This document shows, in pieces, positions 10,281 through 19,900 of a stretch of 64,000 nucleotides of DNA. The notes under the pieces are model-generated. The model did not search any database. It saw only the letters and a program-made list of their open reading frames with translations, and was not told where the DNA came from. The translations under genes were made by a program, and so were the position numbers. Numbering within the stretch: the first letter of the stretch is position 1; every line of letters begins with the position of its first letter. The DNA comes from a virus, in the IMG/VR virus record IMGVR_UViG_3300021197_000841, positions 1 through 64,000 of that record, one strand, 5' to 3'.

Positions 10281-10286
10281 TATTTA
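10281..10286 (-). promoter_or_regulatory. Putative late promoter (TAAATA)
   Basis: CATAAATA on the minus strand in the intergenic gap above the 10253->732 operon; similar to the T4 gp55 promoter TATAAATA. Confidence 0.65.
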
Positions 10287-10323
10287 TGCATTATAAAGCC
10301 GCCTTAACAATAATTAAGAACTA

Positions 10324-11217
10324 TTATAAATCTGAATTAGTTGTATAAGTCGGTGTTGCTACAGTTACAGTATAACCATTTGGCAAAGTACCACTGTTAG
10401 GTCTTGCTTGACCTATAACACTTTGTAATGTTCCGTCAACACTATCAAAGTAACCTCTACCTGTATGCGAGTCACCAAACGTAATTAAGAATCTTAATGT
10501 TGTTGAGTTATCTGCTTTTGCTTGTATTTGATAAAAGTTAGTTGAGTATGACCCAGAACCTGCTTTAGTGTATATGGTTTGGTAACTGGTTGTTAAGTCA
10601 CTGTTACCTATACTTGTAGTTGTACCTGAACTTGCTGTTGTGGCTGTATAAGCCATTTGAACTGTACCGATAGCACTTAACATATTAGTCCAGTCAGTGT
10701 TCTGATCGTTACTTGAACCACCACTTCGTGACGCACTAAAGTTTAATTTACCGCCAGCATTAAAAAATGCTTGTCTATGTGCCGCATTACTAAATGTTAC
10801 AGTACAATCATGAGTAACTGTAGTACTCCATGCCGCTGTTCTAGTACTTGTATCTTTGTTTTCTGTTGATAAGTAAGATGCGTCAGCAGTTAATCTGCTA
10901 TTATATCCGTTAGTAATTGTACCTTGAATATTATTTAAATCTGTTTCCTGTATAGTACCAGCATTAGCAACATCAGAAACTGTGTTGGTTGCTCCGGCAT
11001 ATACCGCTATATCCTGAGCGGCATTAATAATGTCATTAGTGTTTGTATCTGTAATTGTGGCTCCAGCGGCTGGATTGTAAACACTCCAACTTTGACCCCA
11101 CCCTTCGGTGCCGGATGCTGTGCCAGTAATTAATAAAATATTGTTTCGTGTAATATCCCAATCGGACGCAGTTATTGTGTCTCCTGGTGATCTATTTGTC
11201 ATTGTTGATAATGCCAT
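10324..11217 (-). CDS. Virion structural protein (Thr/Ser/Gly-rich, fibre or baseplate associated)
   Basis: Beta-rich composition, GWGQ and FFNAGG motifs, late promoter, AGGAG RBS. Confidence 0.6.
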   Translation of the reverse strand: MALSTMTNRSPGDTITASDWDITRNNILLITGTASGTEGWGQSWSVYNPAAGATITDTNTNDIINAAQDIAVYAGATNTVSDVANAGTIQETDLNNIQGTITNGYNSRLTADASYLSTENKDTSTRTAAWSTTVTHDCTVTFSNAAHRQAFFNAGGKLNFSASRSGGSSNDQNTDWTNMLSAIGTVQMAYTATTASSGTTTSIGNSDLTTSYQTIYTKAGSGSYSTNFYQIQAKADNSTTLRFLITFGDSHTGRGYFDSVDGTLQSVIGQARPNSGTLPNGYTVTVATPTYTTNSDL

Positions 11218-11268
11218 CTGTAATATCTCCTACTTTATACAGCACATTTAATGTGCTCTCTTCGTAAG

Positions 11269-11274
11269 TATTTA
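11269..11274 (-). promoter_or_regulatory. Putative late promoter (GATAAATA) with a leader hairpin
   Basis: TAAATA box; inverted repeat AGCACAT-TTA-ATGTGCT at 11241-11257 lies between it and the RBS. Confidence 0.6.
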
Positions 11275-11288
11275 TCAAATAACTTAAA

Positions 11289-13226
11289 TTATGAGTCTTG
11301 AGTAAACCTTTTTGTCCATAGTGTAAGACTGTATTTAACGCCTTCTTCCAACTCTTCACATACATGCGGGTGGGTAACTTGTCCGGGCCACAATAGCATA
11401 ACGCCTCTGGGTACATGCCTATTTGTGAAGTGCTGTCTGGGGAAAGTTAATTCGGCACCCTGGTAGTCTTCATTTAATTTAACACTTCCACTTACCATGC
11501 TGGCATCGTTATGTAAGTTTAATGATGTTTGTGTATCTAAACTGTAACGCATAGCAAAGTAATCTCTTATACCGTACATGCTCATAGGCGGCCAATATGC
11601 TTCTAGTTGCGGCCAAACATGCTTTGTTAAATTCTTTTCCATTTCTTTATAAAGATTAGGACAAAGTTTTTGTATTCTTATTTCCTGTGCCGGATAGGCA
11701 TCGTCAGGTCTAGGTTCCCATCCACCGAGTTGGTCACATGCTCCAATAATATCATCACACATTTGAGGTGTTAAATATTCACATGCTACTATATCATCTG
11801 CTACTGTCCAAATTTTATGATACCTAGCAAAGTTAATAGGAACAACCGCACCTCTATTAAATAGTTGGTTTACTAGACGTTGATATGCTTTTTTATCTTC
11901 GTCGCCACCATTACCATGTAACACACAACTATAGCAACCTGTTTCTTTATTGTATACTTGGTTATTATCTGACACACTTAAACTGTTAGCAGTACCACTC
12001 ACACATTGAAATATATAATTTTCTATATCTAATTTAATATTCCAATTGCCTGATAAAAATAATTTTTGATAATATAGTTGATCGTCATCTGCTTTATTAA
12101 TATCCGTGCGTAACATTTCTTTTATAACACTTGCTTTACCAATAAACCCGCCACTGTTTAAAAATCTATTCCTTGTGTGTACTTGTGGGAATTGTTCTGC
12201 TATACTATTGTCTGGCCATATTAACGGTTCGGCGCCAAACACTACATCTGCTCCAAACTGTTTAAAGCGATTTACCAACTCTGTTTCCGTATCGTTGATA
12301 ACAACATCGTATCCGTCGACAAACATAACTATATCGCGGTCATCGACATTACGCAATCTACTTCTTAAATAATGTACTTTGTGACCTCCGCCTGGGCCAT
12401 CTGCCATTACACCGCCTTGCCATTTTTCGCCTACGCCTAACATTTCTAAATGTAGATTATGTATCTCGCAACTCTTAATAAGTTGTTCTGCTTTTTTACT
12501 CTCTGTTGCTACAGTAAACAATCTAAAGTCTTTCCATTCCTTAAATCTTAGATTATTTTCTGTGTCTGTTTTACCTATTGCTGTTTCTCTTTTGTGAGGA
12601 GTAAAAATATTATTTTTATATGCTAAGCCTTTTAATTTTGGTAAATCTTTAAACTCTGGATATAAGTCAGCATGTGGACTTGTACCTAACATCATTGGCA
12701 AATATTCGTCTGCTGGTATAATGTTTTTTACAGCGACATTGTTTAATAATTTACTTGCTCCTTGTACACTTAATGCGTATGCGGCCGTCCAATAACAGTA
12801 TCCTGGTATTTCAAATAAATCATCAAACCCTTGAGCATTATTATCCATATTATACTTGGATAGATACACTAAGTCAAATTCATCTAGCCGTTCTGATATC
12901 TGAGTAATATTATAGTTGTCTGTGCTATGATATAAATCATCTTCTATGATGATGCCTGGCTTGCCACTAGTAACAATTTTACTCCAGGCAGTAATATGGC
13001 TTAGTGTACATCCTACTTCGCCTGGTGTAAGTGGTCTATCTTCTATTGGGTCTAACCATCTACTATTAACCGCCATCTTATTATCTAATACTTTTTGATA
13101 ATCTACTAATGTTCCGTCTACGGCATTGATACGTTCAAAGTCAGATATATCTAACTTTTCAAATAATTGCTCAGTATTCTCTTTGCGGTCTATTCGTTTT
13201 TCTAAATTAATATAATAGTGCTTCAT
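11289..13226 (-). CDS. Three-domain fusion: GT25 (COLGALT-like) + PLOD-type glycosyltransferase + lysyl-hydroxylase-like 2OG-Fe(II) dioxygenase
   Basis: GT25: YINLEKRIDR, AVDG, GEVGCTLSH, EDD, YWTAAYALS, IPADEYLP. PLOD GT: TVAT, WQGG..GPGGGHKV, MFVDGYDV, FGAE, RFLNSGGFIG, DDDQLYY. Hydroxylase: RYSLDTQTSLNLHNDAS, PGQVTHPH, GVKY. Confidence 0.85.
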   Translation of the reverse strand: MKHYYINLEKRIDRKENTEQLFEKLDISDFERINAVDGTLVDYQKVLDNKMAVNSRWLDPIEDRPLTPGEVGCTLSHITAWSKIVTSGKPGIIIEDDLYHSTDNYNITQISERLDEFDLVYLSKYNMDNNAQGFDDLFEIPGYCYWTAAYALSVQGASKLLNNVAVKNIIPADEYLPMMLGTSPHADLYPEFKDLPKLKGLAYKNNIFTPHKRETAIGKTDTENNLRFKEWKDFRLFTVATESKKAEQLIKSCEIHNLHLEMLGVGEKWQGGVMADGPGGGHKVHYLRSRLRNVDDRDIVMFVDGYDVVINDTETELVNRFKQFGADVVFGAEPLIWPDNSIAEQFPQVHTRNRFLNSGGFIGKASVIKEMLRTDINKADDDQLYYQKLFLSGNWNIKLDIENYIFQCVSGTANSLSVSDNNQVYNKETGCYSCVLHGNGGDEDKKAYQRLVNQLFNRGAVVPINFARYHKIWTVADDIVACEYLTPQMCDDIIGACDQLGGWEPRPDDAYPAQEIRIQKLCPNLYKEMEKNLTKHVWPQLEAYWPPMSMYGIRDYFAMRYSLDTQTSLNLHNDASMVSGSVKLNEDYQGAELTFPRQHFTNRHVPRGVMLLWPGQVTHPHVCEELEEGVKYSLTLWTKRFTQDS

Positions 13227-13795
13227 CGCCAATGTGGGCCTTCCACCCATGTTACTAAACTGTGTCTTATTCCGCTGGTAACTGGTGTTACTCTGTGCCT
13301 GTGAAAACTTGGAAATACAATTATTGAACCTTTGTGAAATGCTTCAGGCGGTAGTACCGGTAAGGTTGGATCAAATTCAAATTTGCCACCTTCGTACTCA
13401 CTTGGATCAGTTAGTTGAAATACTAAACTTAACTTTCTATGGAATGCTCTAGGTTCTGCCCAATCAACATCGTGATGCCAATCATACTTACCAGGAGTAT
13501 CTGGGTCACCTATATATTTTGTAAATTGAATTTCGTTAACATATCGTAAGTCTAAATCAAACGAGTCTCTATTAACTTGATTAGCATAGTGCCATATTTC
13601 GTCGACTATTGCTTTTTCGCTTTTAGAATTTAACCAACGTATTTCACTTTTACGATAGGACGAATCTTGTTTGCCGTTTTCAAATCCTATAATTGCTTCG
13701 TTGGGTGTATAATTTTCTGTTGCGTACTCGACAATGTAGTCACACCAACTAGGGTCTAATGCTTTGTCAAAGAATAACCAGTAATCTCCTTTCAT
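13223..13795 (-). CDS. 2OG-Fe(II) oxygenase, prolyl-4-hydroxylase/PKHD-type
   Basis: YDWHHD (HxD), RKLS, YEGGKFEF, VFPSF.RHRVTPVTSGIRHSLVTW. Confidence 0.85.
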   Translation of the reverse strand: MKGDYWLFFDKALDPSWCDYIVEYATENYTPNEAIIGFENGKQDSSYRKSEIRWLNSKSEKAIVDEIWHYANQVNRDSFDLDLRYVNEIQFTKYIGDPDTPGKYDWHHDVDWAEPRAFHRKLSLVFQLTDPSEYEGGKFEFDPTLPVLPPEAFHKGSIIVFPSFHRHRVTPVTSGIRHSLVTWVEGPHWR

Positions 13796-13800
13796 ACTAC

Positions 13801-13806
13801 TAGTTA
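13801..13806 (-). promoter_or_regulatory. Putative late promoter variant (TAACTA), leaderless
   Basis: CATAACTA-GTAGT-ATG; no SD sequence. Confidence 0.5.
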
Positions 13807-13831
13807 TGACTTTTTAAGTTACGTTAAGTGA

Positions 13832-16237
13832 TTATTTGACGCCGACTACAACTTCAACAACACCATCATCAAAGGTATCTTTATTTGTTAATGCTCTACC
13901 AATAATACATCTCATATCGTAATCGTTATTGCCTAGTGCTTTAGCAAAACCTGGTTTACTACCACTTACTAGTCTTTCGCCTTTCTTAATACGGCCTTCG
14001 ACCTTACATGGTACTCTACCTGTTAATGCTACCGGCAAACCTTCTGCTTCACTGTTCATTAAGTATGCTGGGTTAGTAGATACTACTCCAAATACATTGG
14101 CATCATTGAATCCAGTTGTTTGTGTAACTTCTGCTGATCCGCCTAACTTAACAACTGTGCCTGCTTCGTAATCCTGATCTGCTGAATATATCTCAGCCAA
14201 ATCCGCATATTGAGCCGATGTTGCTGTACCATTAAATGTAGTTGCGTACACATCGTTCCATTTGTTACTGCTTGAACCTAAGTCATGAGTATTGTTTGTT
14301 TTTGGAACCACGTTAGTTGTTATACTACCTTGTATGCTTACATCATCTGATGCGGCGTTACCAAATTGAGTGTTACCAGTAAACGTACCACTTGTACCAG
14401 ATACAGCACCACTAAAGGTTCCTGCTACACCCGACACATCACCACTAAAGGTTCCTGCTACACCCGACACGTCACCGGCTGATGACAAACTACCTACAGA
14501 TGTTGCTCCTGATATATCGGCGACGCCATTAATGTCTAATGAGCCACCTTCAATTTCGCCTGACGCAGTAATTGTTGTTGCTCCAGAAATTGCTCCATTA
14601 ATAGTTAAATATGAGCCACCTGTGATCGAACTACCTGCTACTATTGTTGTTCCAACGTCTAACGCAGTTCCAACAAAGGCTTTTTTCCTAATTACAGCAC
14701 CACCTTGTGCTCTAAAGGATACTGAATAATCATTGTTGTTGTCAGCATCTGCTGTGCTTTCAATATGGAATGCTCCGCCAATATTAGCAGTATCAGTAAC
14801 ATAAACGTTGTCAACAAATAATTGTCTCCATCGATAGAGATCTGCACCAATATCAAATTGACTGTCTTGCCTTGGTCTCATACCACTTATAATGTCTGCT
14901 ACAAATTCAACACCGTCTGATGATGAATCACCAACTCTAACACTACCGTTAAGATTTGTTTGTCCAGTTACAGTTAATGTAGATGAAACATTTGCATATC
15001 CAGCCACTGTTAAGTAACCTAAACTGCTTATGCCGTTAGTTGCTGTAATAACGTTTGATATAGTAGCATCTGCTGATGTAAAATCATCAAAGTTAATATC
15101 TGCTGTTACACTATTAGCAACAATGTTACCTGTAACAATTAAGTCTTCAGTTACATTAACGTCAGCAAAGTTACCTGTAGTAGCATTTGTTGTTGTAGCA
15201 TGTATTTGATGTATCTTATTGCCGGTTTCACCTATGCTAAGTTGAGCACCCGAAGCCGGTCTAATTAAACTTGAACCACCATTTTGACCAAAGTATGCTG
15301 TGCCGTTAAGGTGGAGGTCTTGCCATCTGTTCGTACTTGAACCTAAATCATAGTTATCACCTAAGTCTGCTACAATATCAGCACTTGATCTAACAATAGT
15401 ACTAATTGGGTAGTAAGAACTACCAATTTTTAAATTTCCTGTAACACTATCTGCTTCGATGGCTCTATCTGCTAGTGCTATTGATGTGTTAGCATATTCG
15501 TTTCTTAGGTTAAAACCTTTTTTGATTTTACCTGATGTTCCGTCGCTTCCTTTAAAGCCGGCGGATGATACAATTTGATCATACCAAACAAAACTAGATG
15601 TATCATCATCTGTTTGAGATACAACATCTGAAACTAAGAATTCAGTGTGATCACTGAATATAGCCATAATGGTTTCACCATTTGGATGTTCAGCATCTGT
15701 TTCTGAATTATTAACATAAGTCAAGGCATGTACTGCTCTGGCCACACCTGCTGAATCTTTTAAGAATATTGTTCTGCCTCGTGTACCATAGGATGATGGC
15801 GTACCTAACGCACTGACTAACTGATATTCATCTGTTACAGTACCTGAGTAACTCGCATCATGGAAAGCACCGCTACTGTAAATTTTTAATTTATTATCGG
15901 AAGTATCAAAATATGAAACTCCATCTGATAGACCGTCGCTTGGTGGAGTTTCTGATACTACGGTAGAAACCCTTACCCAACCTTCTGTGCCTTTATAAAC
16001 TCTTAGGACTTTGCCTGTTTTGTCATACCACAACTGTCCAATTAATGGAGATGCTACACCTGGTGCGGTTGCACTAGCAAAGTTTTCTAAGTGCCTTATA
16101 GAATTTTTAACAAACACGTCACCGTAGTTTGTTACATTCTTACCAATAAGTGTAACAGAATATGTTGTAGTATCAAGAGTTCCGTCAGCAACCGTTATTG
16201 TACGAGTGCTGTCTGTATTTGAAACTGTATATGCCAT
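13832..16237 (-). CDS. Tail fibre / virion structural protein
   Basis: N-terminal LIGKN..YG...LENFA...GQLWYD; DLGSS..W repeats; C-terminal YADLAE...VALTGRVPCKV.G...GRAL module typical of phage fibres. Confidence 0.75.
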   Translation of the reverse strand: MAYTVSNTDSTRTITVADGTLDTTTYSVTLIGKNVTNYGDVFVKNSIRHLENFASATAPGVASPLIGQLWYDKTGKVLRVYKGTEGWVRVSTVVSETPPSDGLSDGVSYFDTSDNKLKIYSSGAFHDASYSGTVTDEYQLVSALGTPSSYGTRGRTIFLKDSAGVARAVHALTYVNNSETDAEHPNGETIMAIFSDHTEFLVSDVVSQTDDDTSSFVWYDQIVSSAGFKGSDGTSGKIKKGFNLRNEYANTSIALADRAIEADSVTGNLKIGSSYYPISTIVRSSADIVADLGDNYDLGSSTNRWQDLHLNGTAYFGQNGGSSLIRPASGAQLSIGETGNKIHQIHATTTNATTGNFADVNVTEDLIVTGNIVANSVTADINFDDFTSADATISNVITATNGISSLGYLTVAGYANVSSTLTVTGQTNLNGSVRVGDSSSDGVEFVADIISGMRPRQDSQFDIGADLYRWRQLFVDNVYVTDTANIGGAFHIESTADADNNNDYSVSFRAQGGAVIRKKAFVGTALDVGTTIVAGSSITGGSYLTINGAISGATTITASGEIEGGSLDINGVADISGATSVGSLSSAGDVSGVAGTFSGDVSGVAGTFSGAVSGTSGTFTGNTQFGNAASDDVSIQGSITTNVVPKTNNTHDLGSSSNKWNDVYATTFNGTATSAQYADLAEIYSADQDYEAGTVVKLGGSAEVTQTTGFNDANVFGVVSTNPAYLMNSEAEGLPVALTGRVPCKVEGRIKKGERLVSGSKPGFAKALGNNDYDMRCIIGRALTNKDTFDDGVVEVVVGVK
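14407..14470. repeat. 33-bp tandem duplication (encodes GDVSGVAGTFS)
   Basis: CACCACTAAAGGTTCCTGCTACACCCGACAC occurs at 14407 and 14440. Confidence 0.9.
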
Positions 16238-16251
16238 CTTTTATTTCCTCT

Positions 16252-16908
16252 TTATGTCATCTGTATACGCAATGTATACACGACTTCTATTATTCTGTTT
16301 AAACTTTTTTGTACTGGGTGAAATACAACGTGTGTTAATAAGTCGCCGCTTGTACTCGCAGTAGTGGCATTCGCGCCATCTACATACGTCATAAGTCCTA
16401 ATTCGTCAAATATATAATCACCTTCGTTATTTGAAGATGTATCAAACGATTGTTGTCCTGAAGGTTCGTTAAGTCCTAATGTACATGTAATTTTCATGTC
16501 AGTAAAACCTGATCCTTCAATAACTTCTAACTTGTTACTTGATTGATCATTGTTTTGTGCCGTTGTACTAATTACTTTAGCAAACGTTTTTCTATACAAT
16601 GATGCTGATGTCTCTCTGCTTTCGCTAGTGTTTGTGCTTTTGTAAATTACTTTACCCGAACTATCTACACTTGTTGCGCCGTTTCCGAATGCCATAAAGT
16701 GTATAATTTTATTGTCCTGGTTTCCTAATGCCTGTGATATTAGATAACCTAAGTTACCGTAGTGAATAGCATTTCTTTTGTTTACTAGTTCCTCGCCAGT
16801 TTCCTTATCTCTAATAAGTATATGACCTGAAACATCAAACCCTATGCTATCAGTCATTGGATTGTCTGAATTTTCTACTTTTTCGTTGTTGTTATCTTTA
16901 TCGTTCAT
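16252..16908 (-). CDS. Virion structural (baseplate-associated) protein
   Basis: GHILI.D...NAIH...MAFGNG...FDELGL...LTHVVFHPVQKSLNR; lies inside the structural block. Confidence 0.65.
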   Translation of the reverse strand: MNDKDNNNEKVENSDNPMTDSIGFDVSGHILIRDKETGEELVNKRNAIHYGNLGYLISQALGNQDNKIIHFMAFGNGATSVDSSGKVIYKSTNTSESRETSASLYRKTFAKVISTTAQNNDQSSNKLEVIEGSGFTDMKITCTLGLNEPSGQQSFDTSSNNEGDYIFDELGLMTYVDGANATTASTSGDLLTHVVFHPVQKSLNRIIEVVYTLRIQMT

Positions 16909-16913
16909 ATCAG

Positions 16914-16919
16914 TATTTA
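16914..16919 (-). promoter_or_regulatory. Putative late promoter, leaderless
   Basis: GATAAATA-CTGAT-ATG. Confidence 0.65.
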
Positions 16920-16954
16920 TCTCTTTTATAAAATAGTCCGTTTATTTCTCAACC

Positions 16955-19900
16955 TTAATCAAAGTAAGATCCTGGTTTATCTTTTAGGAATCGAGCAATA
17001 GTGGTGGTTGAATCTGCTAATGCCACATTTGCTTGGTTCCAATATGCTTCTTCTGGGTCATTATTACTGCTACTGAAAGCCTGTGACCCGATTTCTATTC
17101 TGTTTTGTTCACTAGCATCAATCACTTTTGTTCCTGCTGGATGTGATTCAACACTAGTACCTAAAGTACCACGTGAAACGTCTTTTAATACATTTCCGTC
17201 TATAGCACCAAATGTTATTCTTTCGTCGCCTATATAAATTACACTGGCCTTACTACCTGAGAACGGTAATGTTACCTTTGTTGCGTCAGTTAATATAATA
17301 GTACTATCTGTTTTAGATATTGCTGTTGCTAGTGTTGTTTTAAATTCGTTTGATATTCTAGTATATTCTACAGAACCATTTAATCCTAAGAACATCTTGT
17401 ACGATACATTAGCACCGCCACTTTGTGATCCAGATTGTACGTTAAACTGTAAACCTTCGAATGCGTTAAATAATACATGCTCTGGTGGTCTGGCCGGGCC
17501 AGCATATCCTTTAAAGAATGTATTACTGTCAAATCCAGCATACGTTATTGAATCTCTTACTAGTTCGCTATCCAATGTTGTATTAGCCATATAATTGTTT
17601 ACAACTGTATCGCTATCGTATCCATCACCGTCAAACGCAGTTTGATCGTAACCAAATTCAGTTGCTAGTATCTCATTGCCTATGCGATCATAATATGATT
17701 TACTAAACAAATCAGCATTAAGTTCTTCACCATTGAAATCCGCGTAGGCAAGTATTTTTAATGTAGTAAGCCTAGTTGCCTTGAGTCCTGTAATAATATC
17801 ATTTGAGAATGATGTATTGGCAATCTTTGTGTTTAGATCCATTATTGTTGGATGATATACAAATAGTCTTTCTATGTGATTTATAGGTGTAGCATTTGCT
17901 GAGTCTGTTAGTAACTGAGACATTCTTGCTTCAGCAGTTAAACTTGTTGGCTGACTGTAAGCATTTGCTAATGATACATTACTAGCATCACCTAATGCTA
18001 TAATATCGGATTGATTCCTGTCTATGTAAACTTTTTCAGTAAACGTTCTAATTTTTGTTGTACTATTTAATGTAGCATTCCCCCAATTAGAATATTCCGA
18101 ATCAGTACTAATAATATTAGCATCTGCTACAGAGTTAGGATCAAGTATTCTTGCTTGTACTGATAAGTTCGGTTGATACGGTGGCTTATCAAAGTCTGTA
18201 GCAAACGATTTAGTAATTTCTGTGTGAGTTTTTCTATCATTGAAATCTCTTAACTTACTAGTATATGGTTTTACCGTTTTTATGTAATCAGACATATCGC
18301 CAAACGGATCAATCTTGGTTGTAATTTTTTGTTCTAAATTATCAGCACTTTGTCTAATATTAAAGTATGATGATTTAAAGAACCACTCAGTTTGATACTG
18401 TTCTGTTAGAATGTAATTTAACATTGTGAAATACAGTTTGTTAGTTAAGTTAGTAGACTTAAATACATTAGTAATTATAGCATCTATTAGTTGTCTAATT
18501 TCTGTTGCTAACACTGAATTTTGTGCGCCATTATAGAACTCTTTCTTAATCTGTATAGTACCGTTAATAACTTTAACTAATTCGTAATCGTCTGTAACGC
18601 CATTATACTCAAATATTCTATCAGGATTTATATTGTCCACTACTTGTACAAATACACCATCGTCAATTCCTGTTAGAGCAAACATATCTTTAAGTGTAGT
18701 TACATTTAATCTTGCTTTAACATTACTAGATGTGTAGCCTTCTTTTACCCAGTCTGTAACTTCATACAAGTTCGACGTGCTTACATAAGCATTCCAACCT
18801 TTATATACGTCACCCGTTAATATTATTTTTGCTAACTCTCTATTTAGGAATGATCTAGCAGTTCGTTTTGCTTCAGTAACTTTCATAAACATAGTCTGAC
18901 GAGGTCTAATACTTATTCCGTACTTCTCAAATTTGTTTAAATGTATATCAGGTACAACATTACCTTGCTTGTCTTCACCTGCTAAACTATCGATTAGTTT
19001 ATTAATAAACTCTCTTGGTATTCTTGACAGTTCAGCATTTTCGCCAAGTAATATATACGACTCGTGTTTGTTTTCGTACTTAGTATCTTTCCTAGAAAAG
19101 TTTGTTTGTAGAACACTATTGTCATCTGTTAAGTAAGTCTTAATATTATTAAATACCATAGTGTTATTGTCTGCTACACCATATGTAGGTAATCTTTCTG
19201 CTCTAGGTGATTCAAGTAATCTTGATACCTGTTTTGCTGATATTGTTCTGTTCTTAACATTTTGAGGTACTGAGTCAATATCTTTAACCCAATAATAATA
19301 TGTGTTACTGTAAGTATTTGTTTTAGTATTAAATACTTGATCTACTAAATAATTCATTGCTGATAATGGCGTACCTTTACCAGTGTAGTCACTTGGTGTT
19401 TGTTTACTTTCTATCCATTCGTATACATCAAAACTTGAACCTGTGACATATGAACCCCAGTAATCTGCTCTATAATCTACATTTGCTTGTTCATACCAAC
19501 GTACTCGCATTGTGCTGGTATTCCACCATAATTCTCCAACATTAACTTTACTAAAGTTACTGCCGTCATTATTATAATATACTGGATCACCATCGCTGAT
19601 ATATTCAATATTTCTTTCTGCTTCTGGAATAATAAATCCTTTGAACGGATCATGTAATATTACATCGGTTACTCTTTCGCCATTATCCTTTTGATATATT
19701 AAAGCATTCTTTAATTTACTGCTATCAATTAAAGCATCTTGTCTGAGTTTAACAGAGCCATCTTCTAAGTGTGCCCAACCGGTAACATCATATTCGTCAA
19801 TCCAAGTCTTACCAACTGATCGAGCATTGTCATACAAGCCTTTATATCTTCGCGACTCGAAGTATAATACATCTACATCAGACTGTAATTTGCTATTTAA

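Noticed and set aside
11192-11416. 74-aa alternative-frame ORF
   Set aside because: Overlaps the PLOD-like gene end and the late promoter of the next gene; no independent support
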